Assembly: GCA_051453625.1 (NCBI GenBank)
Contig: JBOZIK010000001.1
Span: 20,715,865 to 20,779,864, forward strand
Length of the DNA stretch: 64,000 bases
Origin: Welwitschia mirabilis
Lineage: Eukaryota
Direction of reading: 5' to 3'
Shown here in pieces: positions 27,923-42,124 of the stretch. How positions within the stretch are numbered: the first letter of the stretch is position 1; the number at the start of each line of letters is the position of its first letter. Made by a program: the position numbers and the translations under genes. The notes beneath the pieces are model-generated. The model was not told where the DNA came from, ran no database searches, and saw nothing but the letters and a program-made list of their open reading frames with translations.

Positions 27923-29315
27923 TGTTAGATTATGTTTTATCAATTGATGTCAAACTAATGTTTTCTGTGTAGCAAATTTTATGTATCTTGTGAAGAAAAT
28001 ATTAACCACTTATAGGTTAGATACTAAAGTTATAAATGTTAAAATCTGATCACTGGAAATCTATCACGTTCAATTACCTTCTTAAGGGGTCGACCGGACT
28101 TTCAAGGAGTTAACTACATCTAAATCATACTCTCAGAATTGAAATAAATTCAAAAGGGTCGATCGGATCTCTGTGGGGTCAATCAGATTTGTAATCTTAA
28201 GAATAGTATCCCTAAACTGAATGTCAAGGGGTTGACCACACCTATGATGGGGTCTACCAAGCATGTGACCTGAGAATAATATTCCTGAATTGGGGTCGAC
28301 CCGATCTATGATGGGGTTGACCGGATTTGTGAACCTAAGAACAATACTCCTAAACTGATCGTCATGAGGTCGACTGGACACCTGAAAGAGTCAACCGGAC
28401 CTGATATAGGAAATTGGAATAAAATTTTATCAGGATTAGCAGGCGACTAGATAGATTTGTGGGTGACCAGATGGGGATTAACCGAGCCCTGAAGGGTTGA
28501 CTAGACATGGAGCCATAAGAAACTAGGATGGTCAAAAAGTTCACTCAGGCGATCTGTGTAAGTCACGACACTAGGAGCGGTCAATCTAACTTTTGAGGGG
28601 TTAATCAACCAAAATGGAAATAAAATTTTCTATTCCATTAGAAGCACATTTTTAATTATAATAAACCCTAAAAACCTTGCAATATAAGTAGACAAGAGAG
28701 AGATGATAAAAGAATCTTTTTTACACTCTTGATCGAAGGACTGAATCTTGTGATTTTTACTGTAGCATCTTGGCATTATACTCCTAATCAAGAACAATCT
28801 ATCACTTGTTGTATCTATACATTCAAGGTCAAATCTAGTACTTCATTTATTGTATTATCTATAGGAGAAGATTTCCAATGGAATCATTGTACTGAAGAAT
28901 AAGTGATATTTGTGCATCAAATTCATTCTTATCATTACTATTACATCCTCTAAAGGTTGAGACTAAGCCTATAAAAGTCCACTGAAAAGGTTGTAACTTA
29001 GCCTAAAATTATAGGTAAACCTATAATACCTGGAAGAGTTAACAAAGATTTAGATCAGGCTAAGTGATAAGCCAATCATCAAGAGTAAAGTAGGAGGTTT
29101 CCTGAACCAATATAAATCTTGCGTGCATCTGATTGGTATTTTATGCTCCTATTAGTTTCATTTTTTCTGAATACCCTTTAGTTTATCTTTTCATACATAA
29201 GTTTATTAGTGATTTATGTCAATCAAGTTTTTATTATATCATGAGTTTATTCATTTAATCTAATGTAAACTATTCAACCCCCCCACCCCTCCCTTTAGGG
29301 TTCTTAATCCTATCA
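27923..29315 (+). repeat. 3' LTR of the SIRE-like copia
   Basis: Begins tgttagattatg after the PPT aaaggagtagat; ends ctatca. Confidence 0.9.
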
Positions 29316-29320
29316 AGAAT

Positions 29321-31790
29321 CACATCGTTTTGTATTGATTGTATGAAATACAGTTTAAACTCGTTACATCTTATTATCATTAACTCAAACTAATAGTACC
29401 TTGTATTGAGTGTACAAGGTCTATTTTTTATCTATGGCATTCTATAGATATCAAAATAAAGCCATGGCATCCTATACTAGTTGTTTAAGGTTCAGTTTAA
29501 AACCATAATGATTTATAATCACTAAATCCAAACTATAATCACTAAATCTGAGCTATAGAGCCTTATACTACTTGTATAACATTTAGTTTAGGTCCATGAC
29601 ATCCTACAGTCATCAAATTGAAACAAGAATGCTTTATACTAACTGTATAGAATCTAATTCAAATTCATAGCATCCTATAGTCACCAAATTAAAATCATAA
29701 CATCCTATACTAACTATATTAGTTTCAGATTAGATCCATAACATTCTACAAACATTAAATCAAAACTATAACATCCTATACTAATTGTAGTAGCTCTAAG
29801 TTAGATCCATAATACCTTATAGACACTAAATCAAAATCATAATGCCTTATACTGATTATATAAGATCTAAGTTAAATCCTTAACATCTTATAGATATGAA
29901 ATTAGAACCATGATGCCTTATACTAACTTTCAAAGGTTCAATTCAGATTCATGGTGCTCTATAAATATTAAATCACAATTACAACACTCTAGTTGATTCT
30001 ATAAGATCCATGTTAGATTCATAATTCCCTACATACATCAAATTAGAACCATATCATCCTATACTAACTATACAAGGTCTAGATTAGATCCATGTCATCC
30101 TACAAAATCATAATGCCCTATACTATACATGGTCTATATTAGATACATGATGCCTTTTAGTCATCAAGTTAGAAACATGTCATCCTATATTGATTATGTA
30201 ATGTTCAAGTTGGATTCATATCATCCTATAGACATCAAATTAAGATCATGGTATCCTATGCTAATTGTACAAGTTAAAATCAAATTCATTACATCATATA
30301 AGCATTAAATAATAATAATGGCATCCTATACTAACTGTTCTAAGTTAGATCGATGATGTTCTATAATCAAATTAGAACCATAGTATTCTATACTAACTTA
30401 ATAAGGCTTAGGTCATATCATAATGTTGTATACATATTAAATTAGAATTATGATTCTTTATATTAATTATATAAACTTTAGGTTAAATTCATAGCATTTT
30501 ATAAGCATTAAATTAAAACCATAATGACTTATACTAATTATACAAGATTTAGATCAGATCCATGATGCTCTATAGATACTAAATTAGAATCATAGCATCC
30601 TATATTAATTGTACAAGTTCTAGGTTAGATTTTGGTGCCTTATAAACACTAAATCAAAAACATAACACCTTACACTAACTATCTAAGATTCAAGAAATGA
30701 AAACCATGATGTCCTAAACTAATTGTATAAGGTATTGAATAGATTCATGGCATCTTATAAACATCAAATTAGAGCCACAACATTCCATACTAATTGTTTA
30801 AGATTTATGTTAGATCCAAATGCCCTATACACACTAAATTAGAATCATTTCTTCTTATGTTAACTACACAAGGTTCAAGTCAGAGTTGTGATGTCCTATA
30901 AATGTCCAATTAAAACCAGACTCCTTATGTTAACTATACAAGATTCCAGTTAGATTCATAATGCCCCATAAATATAAAATCATGATCATAACACTCTATA
31001 CTAACTATACAAGGTTTATATAAAATTCATGATGTCCTATAGACATCAAGTGAAAACCATTGTGTCCTATACTAATCATACAAGGTTTAGGTTAGGTCCA
31101 TGGTGCTATATAGTATTAAGCTAGAATCATAATGTCCTAGACTAATTATACAAAGCTCAAGTCAAATCCATAACAGCTTATGGACACTAAGTTATAAGAA
31201 TGACCCTTTATACTAGTTGTAAAAGATCCAAGTTAAATCTATAGTACCTTGTAGACACCAAATCAGAACCATGACATTCCATATTAATTATACAAGATTT
31301 AACTTAAATTAATGATTTTTTATAGATATTAAACTAAAATCATGATGTTGTATATTAACTATACTAGATCTTATTCAAATTCATGATGCCCTATAAACAC
31401 TAAGTTAGAACCATGGTATCATATACTAACTATACAAAGTTTAGGTCAGATTCATAACATTATATATACACTAAATCAATTCATGACATCATATACTAAG
31501 TTGATGATATTTCATTAACTTAGAATCATGATATTGATATCCTATGCTAAGTCAATAACATTTCATTAATTCAGAATCAAAATCATAATGGTCTATACTA
31601 AGTTGATAACCTTCCATTATCTCAGAATTAGAACCATGATGTCCTATGATGTCATATACTCAGAACTATGATGTCATATACTAAGTGGTAAACTTCTAGT
31701 GGCTTAAAATCAAAATCATGACACTCTATTTTGAGTTATTTGGCTTTCATTAACTCAAAATTACAATCATAGTACCTAATATTAAGTTAT
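29321..31790. repeat. ~71-bp tandem array, right segment (~30 units, then shorter derived units after ~31490)
   Basis: Equivalent positions at 29701, 29772, 29843 and 29914 give period 71, made of 41-bp and 30-bp subunits. Confidence 0.92.
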
Positions 31791-32447
31791 GACCTAATGA
31801 GGTACATCCAAGTATTACATCAGTTAATAATAAAAGGTTAAGTTAGGCTATTAATCAAGTATTATTTTGATTATTCATTAATATTGCTTAACAATCATTT
31901 ACCTAAGGTGCAATATTACTTTTTTTCCTATAAAAGCAGGTAAGGTAAGTCTTTGACATATTTCATCCTTCCTTCTTAATTCCTTCTAACATAATTGTCA
32001 CTTTTCCTTTTTTTGTCTTATATATTTTTATTTAGTTTACATTAGTCCTTCTTGTTACCTCACTTTCCTTTTAAAATTTTATTTTTACAAGGAATAAAGT
32101 TATCAAGAATTCTAAATCTCTTTAAGAACACTTTCTTTAAAAAAAAAGTCACATTTATCAAATTTTAAATGAATTATTTCTCATAGATATTTTCTAAACA
32201 TCAAATGTATTATTTGCAACTTATATTTTATTGATGAATGATCTTATAACTTACTAAATCATCCTAAATTTCAATGGGTAGTAGAATTAAAACTATCAAA
32301 TCTTCTTTTATTTTCTTATTTCAATGTTAGATCACCAAAGTTTTACATGAATCTTAACCATATATATGCTTCTTTTGATCATTGTTCATCTTCATTTAGT
32401 CATCCACATTTTGATAGGATAGGTGTTACCCTCAAGTGATGGTTTAA

Positions 32448-35400
32448 TGTTGGAGTGTGGATTGTGTAATGAATCTTATATTTCCTATAATGAATCTTTG
32501 ATCTTGAGTACCTAGAGGTCTTTAATAAAATACACATGAAAATACACTATTATGTGGGAGTCAACCCATTTGTCATACTCTAGAGAGGAAATTCAAAGAG
32601 AAAATTTTAAGATTACTAAAAATGATTTCTATTCTTAATTTTAGAATTAAAATGTGATGTAATAGATGAAATGAGAAATGCAAGATAAATGCAAAAAATG
32701 CAATGCAACCTAAATGTAAATTCTAGCTAGTCCACCAACTTATTGTTATCCAAGTTAGCCCTCATAATCTATATCAACTTATGGATACCTGTCACTTAAC
32801 TATAATGATGTAAGATATAAGAAAGATAAAAAGAGATTTTATAAAAAGAACACTTCAACTAATATTTTATTAATCAAAATGCTCCGCATCTAGTTATAAA
32901 GTAATAGCTCCTTAATTAAGGAGACACAACCCAACACTAAGCAAAGCCCTTCTTTATAATGGTTACAAAGTAATAGCTTCTTATGAAGGAGACACATCCC
33001 AACATTGAGAAAATCCCTTCTCTACAACTTGTAGGATGCATCCCTTGCTCAATCAGTCTTCAAATATTATAATAATAACTCATGCAACTAATATTAGTAA
33101 TGAAGGACCTAAGAAGGTATTTATAGTTTTCAAGATGACTCTTAGAATCACTGAAGATTCATAACAAAGCAAAGGCCATTATTGTAATGATTACATAAAT
33201 GATGGAGTTTGTTTTATATTCTTCATGTCTTCTTCATGTCTTCTTATCTTCCAAATAATGAGGTGGATGACCACTAATCTTTTCTCTTCTCATGGCTCCT
33301 TGTATTCCATGTGACTATTCGCTTTCCATCTTTCATGATCGTTGATCTTCCTTCTTCACACACCTTCTTGTCTTCTTACTGAGTCCATAAGTATAAAGTG
33401 ATCAATTCCCCAATTAAGTGTAAGAACATGATATTTGTATTATGTTTATTTAGAAGGCCAATGATGATAATAGTATTGGAGGTGTTTGGTACTAAACTTC
33501 TTTCATCTTTTAACACATTCTTTGAAAGACAGTAATATACCTATTCATGTTAATGAAAGCACATAACATGTTCTTGGTATAACATCTTCTTGATTATGTG
33601 GGAGTTATTCTTGATGTAACATCTTCTTGATGTCTTTTAGAATGTCTTCTTGATGTAACATCTTATTTGCACAAATGTATTCTTAGCATGTCTTTCTTAA
33701 ATGCTTCATAATTACTCCACTTTTATCTAAATTATTATTATTTCTTTGTCTTTGTTCTTCATCATCAAAAGTGATTTATATCAGTATTAAACCTATAAAA
33801 AGAACTAAAAAACACACTTCAAACATGACCTTAAATATTACCAATTAGACTCATAACATAGCCCCCCCAAATGATTGTCAGGCCTTGACAAAAAAAGTGA
33901 AAAGGATAGAAGCAAGCTAAATTGGAAAAAGGATAAAACATAAGATTCGACTATTAAAAAATTCTTATATTATTAAACATATAATGCAAATTTAAAAGGA
34001 TATTCCATCATAACATCATGAGGAAGCTATGTATTGGATTTAGAGTTTTACTGATTTAGATCTATGAAAAAAAATATTTTTATTAAATAATTTCTTTTCA
34101 ATTAAAGCTAATATTTTGAGGATTCTAGAGATTCCAAGCCCATAAAGTAGATAAATTCATCTTGAATTTTTTTAAGCAAATGTACTTGTGATAATCAAAA
34201 AGAAAGTAGCAAGGAATGTAAAATAAGAAAGAAAAGTAAAAACAAAAAAAAGCAATCAAAAAATGGAAAAAAAAGGAAATAGAACGAATGGTCAAGGATT
34301 CATTGTGAATTAGGACTTGACAATCTCTAACAAGAATACTAGAAAATGATAAAGTTCTCATCATTATTTTAAATGACTTTAAGACAACTAATTTGTAACT
34401 AAGCAAATCAAAACTAAAAGTGGACAACATGAAACAAGAAGAAGATTAACTATTTTGCCTTTAATTTTAACTTGGTAAGATTCCTTTAAAAAAAAAAAAT
34501 CATAAGGCGACTTGATGTAAAGATGCATGATTTATTATAAAAATATCATAGTTTATCATTCAATAAGGCAGTGAAAGGACCAATATTTAAAGATTATTTT
34601 AAAAGTATTAGTTTATGTTTGAACTATAATTCAATCCATGTTCATCTTTTAGTGACCATAATATGTTGCTATAACATCATCTAATTATCAATATACTAAA
34701 ATTCTTTTAAGAATTTTACCTTAGGATAATGGGAATCAAATTGAGTGTTGAGAAACACCATTATTCATGATGATGGGAGTGCAACCACTACTAAGAGAGT
34801 GAGGATCCACAAGCAAATCTAGATTGTAACCAGCTAATCCTCTAGTGGAGTTTCACAGCTATCATATCACATTGTCAAAGGCTCCTTTCAGGAAAATTGG
34901 GCCTAATACACTTGCGGTGGGACATCATGATATATATTTAAGGAGCATTAACTTTTCATTTTGTTCTCTTTTTAATTATTATCTTTTTTTTTTTAGTTCA
35001 TTGGGATCTCATTTAAAAATCATTGATTGATCATTAGAGTAAAATAACAAAACACATGATTGCTAATAAGCATCTGATTAACATAATTGATTCTAAAACA
35101 AAGTAATAAAGGAGATTAGTTTAGATATAGGAATATCTTAAGATTGGTTGAATTCAATCTTTTTTACTATAATTCCCAAAGTAAGAGAATACTTAATCAT
35201 GATAAGACATACAAAATTTGAACATGAATCAAGTTAAAGATGATTAAGTAACATCATAACTTAAACTAAGAAATGGAGATAAGCAAAGATTTAGAAAATA
35301 GAAAAGGAAAGATCCTCCTCTTTTTCATTAAGAGGATCTCCCAAGTTAATTACTTCTATCAAGTTTAAGGCATAAGTACAATCATTAGGTGATGTGTAAA

Positions 35401-38400
35401 TTTTAATCCTTTATCCATTAACATTTTAGATATCTTTGGATTACAAATTAAAAATCTCAACAAATTCATTAGAATGAACCTTTTCTACAAGATAAAGACC
35501 TAACCATTTAGAGGCTAACTGGTTATGCAAAAAATGCACTCAAGTATAATACAATAAAACCAACTAACCAGGTTAAAGGAATGACACATAAAAAGTAAAA
35601 ACCAAGAATAGAAACACACCAAAATAAGAAGGAAATATTAAATCAAGTCTAAAGTATCAAGAAAATAAGTATTATTTAAATCTTAAATCCTATCTAATAC
35701 TTTATTTAAAATAAAAATAAATACTAGTTTTATTTATGTAAGAATGTATTCATATGTCTTATACTTTTTTAGAAAAATAAGGACCAAATCAAATAGAAAC
35801 CAATTGATAAACATTAAAGGTTTATCATTATGTTTGAGTAGAATCAATTGGTTGAAATGGAAATAGAATGATAAAGCCTTGATTGTACAAATTTCAGAAT
35901 CTAAATAAGAGATGAATAATGGATAATGTTTATCAAAAAATAATTTCTTATTGAATTGATCAAAGCATGATTATCATCTCGTGATTCATTAAAGGTATTA
36001 CTCAAAGAATGGATCCAAGAAATTTTTGAGGGATTCTTAAAATGTTTAGTAACATTAAGAAGCTTTCTAACGTTTAATTCAAGACATGGATTTACATTAA
36101 GAAGGTAAGGATTTCCCCAATTTAAAATTCCAAGATATCCCAAATCATACTTTTGAAAAGAGTTTTCTGTAAAGGCATAAAGTAAAGCAGGCTTAGTGAG
36201 AGAGGAAAGCGTGCTACTTTGAGTATTACATGAAGTATCAAAATGAAGAGACTTAGATATATTAGGAATAGATTCCTCAAGACTATGGGTTTTAAGAAAA
36301 GGGATGTGGCTTTTAGAATTGAATGAATGTCCACATGGAATAAATGAAGAAATGTTATCATTATCATGATCACAAGGTAACGTAGGAGTAGGAGAAAGGA
36401 TGTTATTTGAGATTTTACATGGAAACACAAATGAAAAGGATGGAGAGACATGGATAAATTCTTCAAGTTGGGTTATTGATTAAATCTCTATGGATCCTTC
36501 ATTATTATGCTCCTCATTATTATCTTAATCATCACTTTCTTCATCATTATATTTAACTATATCTTCCTTTTCTTGTTAAGTATTGTTCTCATTCTCTAAT
36601 TTTTTTGGATTCATCAAAGAGATCACAAAAAAAAAATGTATCCATTATCTTATTTCTTATCCTCCTATTCTTCATCATGTTGTTGCATGTCATCTTTCTC
36701 CAAATTATTATATTCATTGAAAAGGTCATGAAGAGAAATGTAATCATTATATTAATCATAGATTAAAAAATTTTTAGATTCTTTATGAATTGATTCCTCT
36801 ATTTCATCTTGATTTTCTACTAATAAGTGAATGGTGATATAATCTAGTATATCATCATCTGCTACATAGTCATCCTCATCCTTGTTGTTTGATTGGTGAG
36901 TTGAAATTTTAGTGTCATTATATTGGATATCTTCTATTGGACATGGATGGTCTAAATGCTTATCCTTAAAACTATGTTATGTTGCAAAAGAACCTTGAGA
37001 TAGTTGATTTTTTAACATTGTTTGTTGTAGTTATCCTATAAGGTGTGCAATTCTTTTATTATATTCCTTAAGTAAATCTCTAAGTAAATCATCCTTGGAA
37101 GAGTTATGGGACAAAAAGTTATTGCCCCTATATTTATTATTAAAAGAGGGTCTAAAAGTCGATTATGATCCCACATTTTGTGGCCGAAATTGTTTGAATG
37201 CATAAGCTAATACTCTACATCTCGAAAAATCAGGACAATATTTGATGTAATGGGAGTTGTCTTCATAAATTACACAAAGAGAATTAGGTACTAATGGTTG
37301 AGATCATTGATTTAACATATTTACATCAAGTAAGGCCTTGAGGTTATTGATGGTTGATTTAGGTTATGTTTAACTTATTTCTTTGGGAATGATATGTTAA
37401 AAATCCTCATTGTCATTTCTACATGAAGGCTAAAAAGAAGAGGGGGGAAAATAAGAAGGTTATAAAGAGAAAGGGGCTCAATTCCTAGTTTCAACATCAT
37501 TCTTCATTATTCATTCTCTTTCTACAAATATTTCTCAAAGTCATCTTTTATTATCATTTACAAATTTTAAGTTTTGCTGCTTTTCAAATAATATTTCTTG
37601 AATGCTTCTTTTATCACTTTTCATACGAATAAATGAGTAAGGATCAAACAAGAAGAAGTAATTAGAATGGTAAGAAAGATAAATACAAGGTGAAGATCAA
37701 TTTTATTAGTCAACCAAAAACATAAGATAAATGGTAATTTTGAGGATTTAAGCTAAGTGTAAAAGAGTAGGCATAAAATAATCATTTTCAATTTACACAC
37801 TAATAATAACTTGAAAAAAAATTTACAAAAATCAAAATGAAAGTAAAATAAAGAAATCTAATTAAAAACCAAACAAAACTAAGAAAGAAAAAACTAATAG
37901 TAATATAGAAAAGAAAACTTACATAAATTTAAAAATTATAGAAATTTAAAAAATTATAAAAATTAATAAATAAAAGCAAAGATTAGCAAATAAATGTTCA
38001 CATTTTCCAGCACATTTTCCAGGTTTCTTGAAATTTTTGATGAGGTATGTAATCAAAAATGATTCAAAGAAATCATAGGTGGTTTTAGATGAAAGGACAA
38101 GGTAGTTTGAATAGAAACGCTAGTGACACCAGTCAGGGAGATGAAGGTGTTGGTCTAATTAAGAAAAGGTAATTGGGAAAAGACATAGGTTGGTTTCAGA
38201 GTAACGCAAGATGGTTCGAGTTGCAGGATCTAAGAAAAGGATAATAAAAAACATAAAACAAATTTATGCTAAACTATGAAAAGAAAAAATAACCAAAAAT
38301 AAAATAAAAGAAAATAACATGAATTAAAAAAGCAATCTTAAACTAAGAAACTAAAAATGCAAACTAATCTAAGAAAAGGAAAAGTTATGTATATGCACTG

Positions 38401-39914
38401 CATAATTAAATAACTTAAAAGCAAATTAATTACCTATTCAATGAGATTCGACCTTCTAGATTCCTTGAACTCCTCCTTGGCAATGGTGCCAATTTGTTGA
38501 AGAGTGAATCATGTGATGAATCTTGTATTTCTTATAATGGATCTTTGATCTTGAGTACCTACATGTCTTTAACAAAATACTAATGAAAACATAATAGTAT
38601 GTGGAAGTCAACCCATTTATCATACTCTAGAGAGGAAATTCAAAGATAAAATTAGAAGATTACTAAAAATGATTCCTATTCTTAATTTTAGAATTAAAAT
38701 GTGATGCAACAGATGAAATGCTAAATGTAGGATAAATGCAAAAATGCAGAAAATTCAATGCAACATAAGCCGGTCAACCAACTTCTTTTCATTAAAGTTG
38801 GCCCTCATAATCTATATCAACTTATAGATATTTGTTACTTAATTATAATAACATAAGATATAAGAAAGATAAAAAGAGATTTTACAAAAATAACACTTTA
38901 ACTAATGTTTCATTAATAAAAATGCTCCACATTCGATTACAAAGTAATGACTTCTTAATAAAGGAGACATAACCCAATATAAAGGAAAGTTCTTCTCTAC
39001 AACAGTTATGAAATAATAGCTTGTTAATAAATTAGACATAGCTTAATACCAAGAAAAGTCGTTCTTTGCAACTTGTATGATGGATCCCTTGCTTAATAGT
39101 TCTCTAAACATCACAAGAATAATTAATGCAATTAAGATGAGTAAATGGAGGACCTAATGGTGGTATTATAGTTTTTGGAATGACTTATAAGATTATTAAA
39201 GATTTGTAATAGACCAAATGCTATCATATCAATGATTACGTAAATGATGAAGTTTGTTTTATATTCTTCATATCTTCTACATGCCTTCTTATCTTCTAAA
39301 TGACTAGGTGGATGACTATTAATCTCTCATCTTCTCGTAACTTCTTGTCTTCCATGTGACTGTTGACTTTCCATATTTCACAACCATTAATCTTCCATAT
39401 TCACACAACTTATTATCTTCTTACTGAACCCATAAGCACAAAGTGATCAATTTTTCAAATAAATGTAAGAATGTAAGATTTGTATTATGTTTCTTCAAAA
39501 GGCTGGCTGCACCAGTAGTGCTAGTCAATGGCACCGGTGTTTGGTGCTAGATTTCTTTCATCTTTTGGCATGTTCTTCGGAAGATAGCAATATATCTACT
39601 CACGTTAGTTGAAAATCAATAATGTTTTCTTAGTGTAACATCTTCTTGATTATGTGGAAGGTCTTTTTGATGTAATATCTTATTGATGTCTTTTGAAATG
39701 TCTTCTTAATGTAACATCTTCTTTGCCTAAATGTCTTCTTTGTATGTCTTTCTTAAATGCTTTATAAGTACTCCACTTTGATCCAAAATATTATTAATTC
39801 TTTTTCTTTGGTCTTCATCATTAAAAGTAATCCATATCATCATTAAACCTGTAAAAAGAACTAAAAAACACACCCCAAACATGATGTCAAGTATCACCAA
39901 TTTAGCTTGCAATA
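32448..39914 (-). mobile_element. Non-autonomous Athila-like LTR retrotransposon (no recognisable pol)
   Basis: ~1.4-kb LTRs at 32448-33858 and 38495-39914. PPT reverse complement tagccccccc at 33859. tRNA-Asp-type PBS. Possible TSD tttaa/tctag. Confidence 0.88.
38474..38491 (-). promoter_or_regulatory. Primer-binding site, tRNA-Asp type (Athila)
   Basis: Minus strand reads TGGCACCATTGCCAAGGA versus consensus TGGCGCCGTTGCCGGGGA; all four differences are G>A. It lies 3 nt from the LTR. Confidence 0.85.
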
Positions 39915-42124
39915 TCTAGTTAATTTTGAAAAGCTATCAAGGTATTACCCTAGTTAATTAGAATTTTATAAATTTAACTTTTATGATTTAATTAATAGAA
40001 AGATGCGTTAATAAGAATACCGTTGGTTCTTATTAGAAATACTTTGATTCCATGCTATGCTTCTCTTAGATTATTAATAGTTTACCATAGTTTTTCATTT
40101 ACATTTCTCTAGGTTATTGAAATATGTGTTTAACCTCTTATACCTAACTCATAACAAAGAAGGTTCATTTGATTAAAGTTACAACATTTATTACAAATTA
40201 TTTTCCTAAATGGATAAAGTCAAGAGCAAGTCCCACATAGCATATATAATTTGTGGTGTATTTCTACTTTCTTTCTTCTTTGCATATTGAGGTAAAGGAG
40301 TTTTTGTGAATAGTAGATAGATTTCCCTTTCTAAAGTGTCTGTAATAAATCCCTAAAAGTTAACTTTACTTCATCCTGATGATCCATTACACATTTCTAG
40401 TGAGAAGGGAGGAAATAGATGTGGTTTTACTTTTTCCTTCCATAATGGAGTTAGTCCTTCCATAGTAAGATGTTGTTTTATTTCTTTAGTTTACTTTAGT
40501 TTTGTCGATCTAAACCACATTTATTTTGCTTTGATTTTGTAGATGAATTTATAGGAAGAATTATTAGCTGAAACTCCCAAATATACTTCACAAAAGATAG
40601 GAAAAATACTATAGCCTTTACATTCCCTATTTTAGAAGGTTGAGGATGAAGGGAAAAAAACCCTTCATTTGAGGCATAGCATAGTTAAGGTTATGGTAAG
40701 GACATGCTCTTTTTATTTCTTCTTTATTATTCATCTTTCATATAAGTTTATTCTTACAACATCTTTTTACTTATATTTTAGGATAATGAGAGGATTTCTT
40801 CCCTTAGTCCTTCTTAAGAGAAAGGAAATTTAAGCATGGATGAATACTTAGATATTCATTCACATGCTAATGTAAGTGATTTTATAGGCTTTCCTTCTCT
40901 CCCAAGACTATAAATCCCAAGTATTCCTTAATTAATAACATAACTCTATTGGTATGATCAAAGTTAATGGATTTTTACAAGAAAATAACTTCTAAGTAAT
41001 CCCTTATATGCATCCTCATAGGTTTATCACCCCTGTGAGAATTTATCTATTTATTTTATCTACCATACCACATCCACCCATAGCCACCAGCACTTTGGCT
41101 TGCATAGCATTATCTACATACTTTTCTATTATTTCTACCTTTGATGTGGAGAAAGGTTTCCCACCCTAGTGATTAAGATCAATTTAAAGGCCCATGGATT
41201 CATTTCTCAAATTGATTAAGATAAAAGATTGAAGGCATTTATTGTTAGCATAGCTAATCAATAATCATATCACAATGATATGTTTCAATACCAAGACCTA
41301 TAAGGGTGTAATTTTAATGAAGAATTATAAGCTACAAAGTTTAGAAAGTATTCTTAACTTTCTTTGGTGAATGATATATGGGATCCTACCTATCAAAATT
41401 TTGAACTAATTATCAATGGATTAGAAGCTACCCATTACATGGCTCAATATAAAATACAAATAGCTAGAGATGATAGGAATAAATGCATAAATGTTGGAGG
41501 TAATTTATTTCTTTTTAAATATCTTGTAAATAAAAAAAATCTAAATTTGTACTTTAACTATCTTGTAAATAAAAAAAATCTAAATTTGTACTTTAACTAA
41601 TAATAAAATTATTTTATCCATAGGAAAAGATGGCTTCCCTTTATTTAAACAACCAAGTCATCCAAAATGATGTTGTTCAGTTAGAGGCAAATTTGGCAAA
41701 GTAGTCATGAAAGAATGCACATATGCACATCTAGAACACATCCTCAATGAGGCCTTAAAGAGGTTTTTTTTTGGCTAAGGAAGATGTTTACACTTTTACC
41801 ATAATTGCCCACAATTAAAGGAACATGTGTAGCCATTCATCTAATATATTGTGACATTGTTAAATCACCACTATAGTAAATTCATAACCATGGATTATCT
41901 ACTTCCTAGTGATACCGATGGGAAACTTCTTCTTAATCCACTTCATTCTTCAATGGGTCACTCCTACTCACACACTCCTAAAGGTCATAATAATCCTAAT
42001 CATTAATGATGTGGCCTTCTCTTAAGAAATCCCCAAGTGAATCCTATGTGGCACTTTGTTTTTTTCCTTTTAATGGTTAAAAGAAAATTTACAGAATGGA
42101 TCATCTTTTCTTTGATAGTTATTA

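Larger units (their letters stand above)
23036..29315 (+). mobile_element. SIRE/Maximus-like copia LTR retrotransposon, decayed, gag largely deleted
   Basis: LTRs at 23036-24471 and 27923-29315; TSD cgaat/agaat; PBS-like taatatcagaac. LWDKQLGHVN, LELIHIDLVG, GGEFEN and NGIAERKNRVLQE (integrase); FCDNTSATNISNNPIQHSRTKHIE (RNase H). Several AGGGGGAG-type tracts before the 3' LTR, a C-rich LTR end, and GGTCGACC repeats in the LTRs. Confidence 0.92.

Noticed and set aside
22470..31790. Regular arrays (also 122-511, 52 kb and 56 kb) as CRISPR-like loci
   Set aside because: Whole units are degenerate copies with no unique spacers, there are no cas genes, and the context is eukaryotic retroelement DNA.
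35901..36428. 175-aa ORF as a host gene
   Set aside because: It lies inside the Athila-like element, is low-complexity, and has no splice context or recognisable domain.
41905..41920. tagtgataccga as the chromovirus PBS
   Set aside because: Similarity to the left LTR starts only at ~42125, where another degenerate PBS abuts the TG.
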